The notes under the pieces: model-generated | The model's database searches: none | Told to the model about the DNA's origin: nothing | Seen by the model: the letters and a program-made list of their open reading frames with translations, nothing else | Made by a program: the position numbers and the translations under genes | From: Macrostomum hystrix | Taxonomy: Eukaryota > Animalia > Platyhelminthes | DNA length: 64,000 nt | Reading direction: 5' to 3' | NCBI GenBank assembly: GCA_950097015.1 | Contig: CATNEN010000038.1 | Location: 22,506,001-22,570,000, forward strand | Shown: piece after piece, positions 1-11,683 of the stretch | How positions within the stretch are numbered: the first letter of the stretch is position 1 | Layout of the letters: each line of letters begins with the position of its first letter

Positions 1-193
1 TGCTCACATCGAATCCTAAAGAGTTAAACACCGAAGGCATCAGCGCTGCTAGCGACATTTTGAAGAATCAGGCGAATTTTCTTCTGTCAAGCTCGCAGGA
101 CACCAGCACCGGCGCGTCCGACATTGCTAACGCTGTTGGGCCATTGTTCGAGGCTTCTAGCAACCTGCTAATGGCTCAAGAGGCAACGTCTAC

Positions 194-236
<43 letters not shown>

Positions 237-3200
237 GGCAGTGGTAGTGGCAGCGGCAGCAGCAGCAGCAGCAGCAGTAGTCAGCCGGCAAAGCCGAACA
301 CGAAGCTACTGAGCACTCTGTCAGCTGGAGGGTCTGCCATCCTCAACAAGCAGGTGGTCGGCGAGAAGGCCACCGTTGTGATTGGCGGCCAGCTGGCCTT
401 GTCCTGCAGCAAAGCTGAGAACTACAAAATGATTGATTGTGAGCCGATAAATTGACGATTTCTTTATTTGATCCTAGCCTTGTATCTAGCGCAAGCATCG
501 CACAGAACAATGGGCAGACAGGCAATCACCCAAGTTTATGCAGCAACAAAGGATAGTAACCTATGTTTTAGGTGAAAACTGAAAATGAATTAGTGATCAG
601 TGATGAGTGATGAGTATTCAGTAGAAATAATTAATTATTTAGAGTTAAGTGTCTTGCTAAAGGACACAGGGAACTGTTCCTGTGGAGTCGAGAATCGAAC
701 CTCCGACCTTCAAGACGTCAGTTTGATGCTCTCAGCACTAGGCTAACCATTAGCTGAGTTAGCGAAATAGACGCATAGAACAAGGTGAAAATTAATCTGA
801 GTACGGATGGATAAAAACTCAAATAGGGAGGATGTGTATTCAAGGTCGCATGAACTTTCTGAACACCTAAAAACCCCTTCGCACAGCCACACTGGAAGCC
901 GGCCGGCCCACCGAGTGCGGCAAGGTGAAGTTCGGCAGAACCAAACGCGCCGACGGCAATGATCTCTTCAGCCAATACAATCCGGACTCGAAGAAGTTTG
1001 AGAAGTCGCCATTTGTTAGTTCGCAGTTCTCCACACTAACAACGAACATGTTTTCCATGGCAACTGGCGGGGCCAACCTGTCATCGAATGTATTCATTTT
1101 GACAACGCAGGACGGAGCCACTGGCACCACTAATCCGTTTGAAGTCACAGATACGTCGCAAGATTCTGAGATTGAAGTGCTCATATCTACCAGGTAAGGC
1201 CTTAAAAATAAAAATAACAGTAAATAGGGCTGTGGGTACAACGACATCAGTTTGAAACGCAGCCAGCAAGGCAGTTGGAAGTTTCAATGAATCTCTCATT
1301 GGAAAGTAAATACCCAAAGAATATTGTGACTAAGTTTTTCTCAGATTCCTAAAACGGATTGTAGCTCGTAAGAATGTCGGGGGTTCGACTCACGACTACC
1401 CTGGAAAAAATTGGCGTTCGTTAGCAATGAATTTAACTCTGAATTGCTTCAGTTAACGCAGCTTTTAATGGGTAATTAGCGGAGATAACTGAGGGTATGA
1501 AGTTTCCGAGTCCATGGACTGAACAGCCGTACGCAGCCTTCAGATGCGCCGCGCAATAGCTGTGGCTGTTCTGTCGGCTGCACATCTGGCCCTAATAGTG
1601 CAGTTAAGGTAAATAAAAAGTTCAATGACAAGCAAAATGTTTTATTTATCAGCAAAATCAATACCGGGCCAACCACTATGTGACAGTAAGAAGCTTTGAA
1701 CAGCTTAGTGTCCTATGTACACCCACCAAATTATTCTTTTTCTATGGCTTCAAATAATAACAAAGAGCGTGCTCAATCTCACAGAGACGGCGGCACTGGC
1801 ACTGAGTCTGCCTACATGGAGACGCTGCCTATCAGTGAAAAAATGCGGACTCAAATGACCGAGGTCACGCCGGACCAGGGCCTGTTCGTCAAGCTGACTC
1901 GCTTCCTCAACTACACCGTGCTGATGGAGAATCTCACCGAGTCGTCTAACCAAACTATACAAGTGAGCAGCCCAAGCTCAGTTATTATTGTTCATCCGTT
2001 TCTAAGGACTGACAAATGCACGTGAATGAGTCCATGGACACTTACCCGCAGATCCCACAGCGCATCCTGCTAAACAATTACACCTTCTATGAGGGGGAAT
2101 TTGAATTTCACGTCTACCTGCGAGTTGGCCAAGCGCCAACTGAGCAGCTGTTTGACTACTTCTGCAAACTGCCGCTGGAGCAGCCGCCGAACTGCACCAA
2201 CAGCGCCGGCGCCCCACAACCGGCTGCCGAAAGCAGCGGCACCTTGACGGGTTCGACAGATTCCACCACCACTGCTACTAGTACGACTACTACTACTACG
2301 ACCTCGACTACGACAGCTACAACTACGTCGACAACAGGTAGAAATACGTCACCAACGACTACAAGTTCGACTAGTCCCACGTCAAGTCCTAGTGGCGGTG
2401 GAAAATGCGCCAGCAGGTGGCAGACGGCCGATCCGTGGACGTGCTTCCTGCCACCAGAGATGCTGGCTGTGTAAGTCATGGCCTACTCATACTCACTCAC
2501 GATCCGAGTCTATATACACAATCCATAAAAAATGTGTGACAAATTAAAGTAATCCAGATTTAAACCGCTGAACGCAGACCCGTTGGCAAGGAGAAGATCT
2601 ACATGGGCGTGAGAGCTGTTCGTCTGGACCTGAAGAACGAGACTGGCCAGGGCTTGAACTCTTCCATATTTCGTCGGATTCCAAGCGGAGTACAGTATCG
2701 CGACAACATGACAAGCCAGAGATTCGACACGACGGTCATCGATCCGGCTTTCTACGTTGTTGTCGGCTACGAGAGCTTGATCTTCAGCTCAGGTTGTCGC
2801 TTTTACAATGAGACATCCAATGCGATGGAAAGCACCGGAGTCCGGGTAATTTCTGAATGGGTGGTTCAGTAGGACTTTAGTTACGTTAAATTCGTGTGTT
2901 GCAACTAATAAATGAATCTGCGAACTTCCCTTGCAGTTGGGCCAGTGCTCCAATCCGTTCCTGACACAGTGCTTCACTCGCCATCTGACCTCGTTCATGT
3001 CTTCCTTCTACGTGCCACCGATTCAGTTCGACCCTAACAACTCGGGCTGGTTGAAGCTGGACAGTAATCCCATCGCCTTCGCTCTAGTTCTGTCTCTCGT
3101 CAGCTTCTACTTTATCATCATTGTGTGGGCCAGCAAGAAGGATCGGGAGGATGTGACGAAGGTGGGCGTGACGCCTCTACCGGATAATGACCCGCGAGAT

Positions 3201-6200
3201 GAGTTTGAGTACGAGCTCACCTTCTGGACTGGTGCGCGCGGCGGCTCCGGCACGTCGGCCAATGTCTCCCTGATCCTCTCCGGAGACGAGGGCGACACTC
3301 TGCCACGTCTGGTCCGGGATCCGGAACGCCTGACGCTCCAACGCAGCGGCGTTGACAGCTTCCTGATGCGCACGCCGGCGTACCTTGGCCGGTTGACGCA
3401 CATGCGGTTGTGGCACGACAACGCTGGCAGCTCGCCCAACTGGTACTTCTCTAGGCTGCTGGTGCACGACCTGCAGACGGGGGACAAGTACTATTTCATT
3501 TGTAATCGGTGGTTCGCCATCGACAAAGACGATGGAATGGTTAGTTGGGTTTTTGAGACCATTGTGAAACTTCGATACAAAGCTTGAGACTTCGAAAAGT
3601 TCCGTTGGTCTTTCTTACACTTTAAGAATAAAAAAATTCACAATTCGATCATAATAACAACAGGTCGACAGAATTATCGCCCTCTCTGGCAAAGAAGAAA
3701 TCAACGGCTTCGAGAATGTGTTCTGGACTCGCTCACAGAAGAACCTGTACGATGGGCACCTGTGGTTCAGTGTCGTCACTCGTCCGGCCAGGTCAAAGTT
3801 TACCCGCTGTCAGCGCGCTACCGCTTGCCTCTGTCTGCTGATGAGCACTATGATGGTCAATCTGATGTTCTACAACCAGTCCAAGTACGTAGAGAGCCCC
3901 AAACTGATCGAGATCGGGCCGGTGAAGTTCACACCTCACAGTATCTACATAGCCACGGTGTCTACTCTGATCATTCTGCCCGTCAACGTGTTGATTGTTC
4001 TGCTGTTCAAGAACCGTCGAGATCGTGTCCAGGTCAAGAAGGTGAGCAAAGCTGCTACAAAACAAAATTCTCCTGTGAAAACATAAGTTGAGCACTCGCT
4101 CAAAAAGTAAACCATTACTTGATAAAAAAATGCCGAGTATTTTAATTAAGAATATCTCGCTCACTCAAGGGCTTCGAGCGCGGAGGCGAGATGGAGCGTG
4201 GCGCAGCCGACCGTCGACGAATCGCTGCAGCTGGTCGAATTTCGCATAAAGATGAACTCGACGAAGGCAGCCGTCAGGACGAAAATCAGGCACGTCGCGA
4301 CATGGAGCGCGCTTTGGACTCTTCGCGTCTGGACGCTGACGATGTCAACTTAGGCATGGCGACGGATCGCACGCAGAGTAAGAAGGCGATCCCACTGACT
4401 CATCTGCGCGCTGCTCACCCGGATCAGTTCGGCGCTATGCCCGACGCCGTCAGCCAGAGCAACCTTCGCTCCGACACCACCGGAGAGCACAAGAAAGGCA
4501 TCCTGGCTGTCTTCAAGTCAATCTGGTCTCGCATCTTCCCGCTGCCCTGGTGGTCATACTACATCGGCTACGCGCTGAGCTTCGCCACGGTTGCCGTCTG
4601 CACTTACCTCATGGTGGAGTTTGCCAACGTTCTCGGCGAGGCTAAGACAGCCGAGTGGCTGGCTAGCATGGCCCTGACCCTTCTGCAGTCGATCATTCTG
4701 GTGCAGCCAATCAAAATCCTGGCCATCGCACTGGTTTACGCTCTGCTCATTCGTAAGCCAGAAGAAGACCAGGACGAGCTAACCAAGGAGCTGGCCATGA
4801 TGGGCGTCGAGCCGATGCACAAGACGCTCACCATGCGCGATCTGTCGAACCCGGAGGTGCTGTCGAAGCTGGCCCGCATCAAGCATTCGGCTCCCCCGCC
4901 GCCCGACGCTCGCCTATTGGAATTCCAGCGTCAGCAGCGACTGCACGAGCTCAACATGCAGGCCGTGATCCGCGACGTCATATTCTACGTCGTTTTCTTA
5001 GTGTTTTTAATGATGTGTGCGTACACGAATCAGGACTACAGGTCCTACCTTCAGAATACCATGGTGCGCAACAGCGTCACCAAGGGTTACTACATAGTCA
5101 ACAACACTCCCGCTGCTCGTGCCTCCGCGCCGCCAAAGTTCGACGACATCGATCAGTTCAAGGCAGCCTTCGACTTCGTGAACGGTATGCTCATACCGAC
5201 GCTCTATCCAGTGGCGTGCTACGATGGTAAGCCGTGCACTCTAATTCAGGGCAGTAACTGGACCCAGGATCCGAGCTATCTGCTCGTCCGACAGGCCCAA
5301 ATACGACAGCTGAGACTAGCTCCCAAGCATAGGTGCAAAGTTAGCAAATACTTCGTCGACATCATAACAACCTGCCGCGACGAGTACTCACTGTTTAGCG
5401 AGGAGGACAGAAACTTTGGGCCAGGCTGGGTGCCATACAATGCATCCGTTCCCAGTCACGTGGCTAATCCGGAATGGCAGTTCACAGGAGCTGCGAAGGT
5501 CTATGGCACACCGTACAGTGGTCAGCTGAGCACCTACGGTGGCGGTGGCTACATCGCGACTCTTGGAAGAACCAGGGCGTCAGCTTTGGCGAAGATGAGC
5601 CACCTGTTCGATAACAGCTGGTTGGACCACAAGACTCGAGCCGTTTTTCTAGAATTCCTGATTTACAATGCGAACACGAATCTGTACTCGTTTGCCACTC
5701 TACTGCTGGAATTCTTCACTGGCGGCGGCGTCATCCGCGAGCCGAAAGTTTCAACGCTGAGGCTAGATCGCTACGTTGGCGTCAATGCAGTCTTCTTCAT
5801 CGCTTTGGACGCCCTGGCTGGAATCTTCATCCTGATATTTATGGTGCGCGAGATCCGCGAGCTCCACAAAAAGAAGTGCGAGTACTTCAAGGAGTTCTTC
5901 AACGTGTTGGACTTCTCGCTGATCATCGCCTGCACCGCGTCCATGGGGCTCTACATCACGAGGATTGTGGTGCAGAAGCTGGTCGCTTGGTACATGAACA
6001 AGTACCCGGACAGGTTCATTAACTTTGCCTGGCTGGTGATGTGGGACGAGCTGAACCAGTTCTTCTTGGGCACGGTGGTGTTCATCTTTACCGTGCGCTT
6101 CCTGCGTCTACTGTACTTCAACAAGAAGATCCGCATGCTCGGTCAGGTGCTGCAGTATTCGTCCGGTCCGCTGGGCTACTTCGGCATCATCTTCGCTATC

Positions 6201-7628
6201 TGCTTCTTCGCATTCGTGCAGGCCGGCTACCTGATGTTCTTCACGGTGGTGCCTTCGTTCAAGTCGCCGATTAGCACCATCCAGACGCTGGGTGTGATGA
6301 CGCTGAGTAAGTGATTGACATTGCTTCTCTTCAGGCTGCGTCTGATGCCTTAGATGCTAGATTATTATCATTCGGACTGCCAAGCAATTTTGCCGTCCAT
6401 TTTTTTACTAGCTTAGGGGACTTCTGTCGCGCATCTTCTGAAATAAGAATTAAGTCGCTAGCCCTTCAGATCGCTTATGAAGCCTCGATATAGGCCTAAA
6501 CTCAACTATTATTTGTTGAAGGTGCAGCAGTTCCATCTAGATAAAGGTGAAGTCGGAGATGATGCAGGCACATTCGGGTGGCATGCTGATAAAGTGCAAG
6601 TTTGTGTATAGGGATGTGTGAAATACACAAGCTCTTATGGGAAAAATCTGACCTTCGGCCAGAAGCGTTGAATATCTCGACGGTCTGAAGGGCTGGCGAC
6701 TTGATTCTTGTTTCAGAAGATGCACAACAAAACGTTGGCCCGTGTTCTTGAGCTTCGTGCGCTTGCGTTGTCTTGGATAGCAAAAAAGCTCCGTTCGGGT
6801 GTCAGCGGGGGATATCCCTATACTATAGTACTATAGTAGTTCTACTGTTGACATCAAGTAGCAGGCTAACTCGAATTATTTTCAGACAAGTTCGACTTCA
6901 CCAGCTTCTCAGTTGGCGCTGGCAAGATGGGCATGATCTTCTTCTTCATCTACATGCTGTTCGTGTCCTTCATCTTGGTGAACTTCTTCCTGACGATCAT
7001 TCTGATTTCATTCAAGCAAGTGAAGGACTCCTGGTCGGAGGAGACCAACGAGTATGAGATTGTGGACTACTTGACTGGCAAGCTGAAGAAGATGTTCGGC
7101 ATCGGCGCCAGCCGAGATGCCCAGGGTCGCCTGGACTCGCGTTTCGCTTACATCGCTGGTGAGCTAACTGTAACAATCACCTGTCAGACACAGAATCACA
7201 CCTGTCTGACACACTATCACACGTGTCAGACACACAATCACACCTGTCCGACACAGAATCACACCCGTCATACACAGAATCACACCTGTCAGACATAGAT
7301 TCGCACCTGTTGATTATAAAGTCGCCTATCTACGGCAAATATTAACTTGTGAGAAGTCAAAGGCCGATTTTGCAACCGCAAACTAATTCACCAAACAGAC
7401 GAGCTGGACATCGAAGAACAGGAGCGCGAAATTCAATTAAAGGTGGACAGCATGATGGACCGGCTACTGCTAGTGATGACTGGCGAGCCACCCGACAAGG
7501 ACCACCTCAAGCAGCAGCTGCAGCGAAGCGGCGACGACATCACCGGTGTCGGCGGCGGCGGCGGCAGCGATGGTCGCGCCCGCCGCGTGGGACCAGGCGG
7601 TCGCGAGATTCTGCACGGCGATCACTGA
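1..7628 (+). CDS. Polycystin-1 family (PKD1/PKD1-like/LOV-1-like) protein, 5'-truncated by the window; approximate exons <1-438, 887-1194, 1785-1962, ~2052-2470, 2578-2846, 2937-3539, 3664-~4041, ~4170-6307, 6886-7158, 7399-7628
   Basis: GPS motif CRFYNE...TQCFTRHLTSF (HL/T), then TM1, a PLAT/LH2 domain (YELTFWTG...RLWHDNAGSSPNWYFSRLLVHDLQT..YYFICNRWF), HLWFSVVTRPARSKFTRCQR, a TOP/polycystin domain (YGGGGYIATLG, WLDHKTRAVFLEF) and PKD channel helices; GT/AG junctions largely keep frame. Confidence 0.93.
640..752 (-). mobile_element. tRNA-headed SINE (family B), 5' part, intronic
   Basis: Minus strand has an A-box-like TAGCCTAGTG, a B box GGTTCGATTC and then GCAAGACACTTAACTCT; similar to 25152-25432. 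Confidence 0.6.
1360..1615 (+). mobile_element. tRNA-headed SINE (family B), intronic
   Basis: GGTTCGACTC B box; shares TCCATGGACTGAA.AGCCGTACGCAGC...CTGTGGCTGT...CACATCTG with 25340-25410. Confidence 0.65.
6431..6723. repeat. Intronic inverted repeat (~43-bp arms), possible MITE or foldback remnant
   Basis: 6431-6473 GCATCTTCTGAAATAAGAATTAAGTCGCTAGCCCTTCAGATCG is nearly the reverse complement of 6681-6723. Confidence 0.7.
7176..7310. repeat. 21-bp minisatellite (ATCACACCTGTCAGACACAGA) in the last PKD1-like intron
   Basis: About 6 degenerate units beginning ~17 nt after the GTGAGC donor. Confidence 0.85.
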
Positions 7629-8397
7629 TGAAGATGCTGAGAATTCAAACAATTTTTGAGACTTGAGAAAGATTAAACAATCAAATTTTCAGGCCTGGAA
7701 TTTCAACTGACACCATAATTAACTATTAGTCAGGCAGTTTAAAGTTTCATCGTCATTTCTCTTTTTATAGTGGTCTTTTATTCCTGATTATTAATAGCAG
7801 TAAGTATGGTAGGTTGAATTTCTAAAGAGCAGGGGGGCACTTACCAAATAATTCTGCAACATGGCTTAATATACTCGTAATTTCAAGATAAAGTATGCAT
7901 TCAGACAACTTATTTCTGATACCAGTAAATACTAAAATCAAATCAAAGAATTTTATTTATTCTAAAGTTTAAATTACAACGAAATCCTATTTTCTTTCTA
8001 ATTGAAAAAAAAACGAATTAACAAATCGAAAATCTTTTTAAAGCATCTTCTAAATATCGATAATTCTTACAGTTCTAAATAAAGATTTGTATCAATCAGC
8101 AAATACAAAATTTAATTACATTCTTCAATAAAAGAGAACATTTTTTCTCTCTCTGGCATCGATAAAAATGTGTACTTGGACTTTACTGTGATTGTGTCTG
8201 ATCGAATAATGCATAAAGATACTGTACCTCAAAAACAGACGGTAAGAAAATTTAACATTCAAATTTTTCGAGATTTCGAGCTATCGGTAGTGAGGGCAGT
8301 GAGTCTCCCAGTGTATGATAAAAGTTTTAGGAGTTCAATTGTGAGCTTGACCAGTTCTGTCGGTTCTCAAATTCTCAATCGCGGCTAATCGATGATT

Positions 8398-9503
8398 TCA
8401 AGGTGATCCGGACACCATGCACTCGTACGTCTTCATTGAGTATTCGTTTGTCAGCGGGTAGACTGCAGCTTCGCTTCGGAATGTCAATCCACTGGCCCAC
8501 AATGAGCCAGTGAGGTTCAGGGCAGTCGGAGGTGTGTAGTACCTGCCGTTCGGATTGAAACTGTGGCAGCTGGTGTACCACCACGAGCCTTGATAAGTGA
8601 TTGCGCAATTATTCGGTGAGGTATCTTGATCCTTATCAGGTGTGCTGAACGAAACATTGTTCATGTACGAGATATAATTGCGAGGGACGGTAACAACGTT
8701 CGAGTTGTCGGTGTCCTGCTCTCCGACGCTCACTCGGTATCCCTGGTCGACGCCCTGCACTGAGAAGTACGTGTTCTCCAACCAGTAGCGAGTGCCGTTC
8801 CAGTCGCTCATCTCCCACCTCACTCGCCTGTCGCCGGCCCGAGTCAGCGGGTGAATAGCCTCCAGACCCATCCAGTAGTTTCTGTCCTCTCCCTGACCGA
8901 ATTCCGTCAGGTAGTCAGTCCAGTTGCGGTAGAAATCCACCGAGCCGTCCACTCGGTGCTGGAAGGTCCGCCAGCAGGTGCGTCCGAGCTCATCGAGACG
9001 CCTCACCTGCAATTTGAGCGTGAATTATTAATCAGCTGCTTCAAACCAACCTGAAAATCAATTGCGTATTGGGAGAGAACATCTGCCGTGAGCTGGGCGG
9101 AGTAACAAAGCACGATCTGGGCTTGGGATTAGCTCTTGCGGGCTTCCCCCGTCACAATGGAGTGGACACAATGAGACAGGCAAAAGCTTCGTCATTTAAT
9201 TACCAGCAGCAGAGGCAGGCTTGAGTTCCTGGCATTGCGGCACTTCCTGCAGCCACTTCGCCCCAGCTGGCAGCTGTACAGACGGCAGGTGCCGAGCTCG
9301 CCAGAACTGAACCGGACCGCCTGATGTCGCGACTCAGCCAAGATCGCGCAATCCGAGTCGCTTCTAACATTGTTGACAACGGCATCGAGCTGTTACTCAC
9401 TCAGGTCGTCCCTCTGCTCCGCCCAATGGCTCTGAGCATCGGCTGCTTGGTGACAGCCGAGGCACAGAAGAAGCAGCGTCACGAGAAGAGTGAACACTCT
9501 CAT
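8398..9503 (-). pseudogene. Fibrinogen-related domain (FReD) gene copy A; exons 9503-9204 and 9006-8398; in-frame TAA in exon 1
   Basis: FQHRVDGSVDFYRNWTDYLTEFG, YWMGLEAIH, FSTPDKDQD, NCA..YQGSWWYTSCH. Exon 1 reads GAG TAA CAG (9393-9395) where copy B has GAG TAC CAG. Confidence 0.75.
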
Positions 9504-11097
9504 TGTCAAAGAGTTCCAGAAGATGCTTTGCTGCTAGCACTCGTTTTACTTCTAGTTTTTTTCTACGAAAGCTTTTTAATAAATAGCCCTGAGATGGCCT
9601 CATATTTATTGGCATCAAGTTCAAATCGGATGTTTCGCATCCTCCGCTTTGGTGGCCGTTTTTTTAAATTATTCATTGGGACTAGGTGGGCATTGATGAC
9701 TAAATATGTCCAATAGGGCGAAGTTTTAGTGCCTGTGTAGGGACGCAATATTAAGCACGCAAGTTCAACTGTTTTATCTAATTAATCAACAATGATGATC
9801 TTCAGCACTGAGGCTGCGACTGTCGATCTGAACCCAGCGAGGATGCGATTCTGATAACTGACCCCTGAGCACATACGGACGCGAAGATACTGCATGCAGG
9901 TACACACTTAAAATAAGAGTGGGTATTTTGTGCGTCATGATGTAAGATGTGTCATGTCTCATGATGACCTGGCGGCACAGTGACAGATTCCTTCTCAGCT
10001 CAGGACTTCAATGCCAGAGCCTGATGCGATCCTTCTCACCCCCCTATGAGCGCATGATGTTGATGTTGTTTTTTCAATTGTATGCGCACAGGTAACAGCA
10101 TAGCTGGGTTAAATTTGGACAGTTAAAGCTATATCAGTGAATATAGTTTCCGAATTGGAAATAAAACCTTTCGTTTAAAGTGCTCGTTTATAAGGGGTTC
10201 AGGTAGCATTTTCAACTGATTTGGGGTACATTTTGGTGCCTAATTTGTCCTTTTATCACCTTCAAAATGGGTTTACTACTCAGACGCTTGATAACCCTGA
10301 TTTGGATACTGTAGAGATTGGGATTCAATGCAATTCTAATAATTCATACAGACTAAATTTAATCAAGAATTATACACATTTATATGACATTTGTTGCACC
10401 CTACTTACTACTTACTTGCTTGCTTACTTACTACTAGTACTTACTACAATGTCAGTAGTGTAGTTAGAATATAAATACCTTATTTAAATAAAATAATATT
10501 TTTTGGTTGATCCTTTACAGTGTGATAGCGGAGTCACTATGAAGTCATAGTGACGTCATGGTGACAACATTGCGCATGATCATGCAACATGAAAACTGTC
10601 TAAATAAACGAGACACCTGAACGCATAGAATCCTCAGACTTTTCTGGTGAAATGAACTTCGATCACTAAAAGGTCTAGACTTACGGCTTGCTCAACCAGT
10701 GCTGACTTGTGTGCCAGGGGGCCAAACTTGATTAACAGTCCGGTCTTGATGGCCTCCGCATTGGGCAGGTCAAGAGTATTTTGTAGAGAGGAATCACTTA
10801 CAGGCCAGACTAGCTCGTAAATGATCTACCATCCGAGATATCTGAGGAACGATTGTTGTGAATAGCACAGATATTCCGATATAGTGCTTGCAGAAGCTGT
10901 ACAGACCTGACAAACGAGAAAGGTTTCGTAGTCTTACTAATTTGAGAATAAGTACTACTGCGTCTACTGCTCCTAGCGCCGTATAACATCGAGTCTGGTC
11001 ACCAGAGTACTAAGATAACACACCAACTCTTCAGTACTACTCAACGGAGCTACTTAATAATAATAATAAATGCAGGAGGGCTGCGAGCAGTGGCCCA

Positions 11098-11396
11098 TCA
11101 TTTAGTGACACTATACTCGCAGCCAGCGAGGAGGCAATTCTGCCCATTTCGCTGACTCCTGAGCACACACGCACACAGATACCGTACGCAGGCACACGCT
11201 CACACAGGTGTGTACATCTGCCCTGACTTTCTCATCGTCAGGCAGTGTACATTTCACTGTGCCTTGGAGGTTGGCCCTCAAGGGCGTAAATTGCACGACA
11301 AACCCCCAAAGCCTACTCTCAGCGGCTGCGCCCCAAATAAATGTGGCCTCGCCGTGGAATCGAACTCAGGGACCTTGGTGCGAGAGGCAAACGCGT
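11098..11396 (-). mobile_element. tRNA-derived SINE (family A), slightly 5'-truncated
   Basis: Reverse complement of the adjacent copy at 11398-11683 and of 34948-35142. Confidence 0.75.
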
Positions 11397-11397
11397 G

Positions 11398-11683
11398 GGT
11401 GCGTGGCAGAGCGGTCTAACGCTTTTGCCTCTCGCACCAAGGTACCTTGAGCTTGATTCGGCGGCGAGGCCACATTCATTTGGGGAGCAGGTGCGGAGAG
11501 AAGGCTTGGGGACTTGTCGTGCAATTTACAAGTTGTTGGTGGCTAAACTGAGGCACAGTAAAAGTGTACATTGCCTGACGATGACAAATTGCAGATATAC
11601 CCACCTGTGTGAGTTTGCGCTCAGTGAAATGGACAGAACTGCCTCCTCGCTGGCTGTGGGTCTAACTAGCTGTCACCAAATGG
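11398..11683 (+). mobile_element. tRNA-derived SINE (family A), near full length
   Basis: A box TGGCAGAGCGG, anticodon-loop-like CTCGCAC, degenerate B box (family consensus G[CT]TCGATTC); six copies in the window. Confidence 0.78.

Noticed and set aside
9393-9395. Nuclear TAA-to-Tyr genetic code reassignment
   Set aside because: Single instance; the long ORFs of other genes contain no internal TAA, and other Tyr codons are TAT/TAC
11398-11475. Genuine tRNA gene
   Set aside because: Degenerate cloverleaf, and continues into a shared SINE body in all copies
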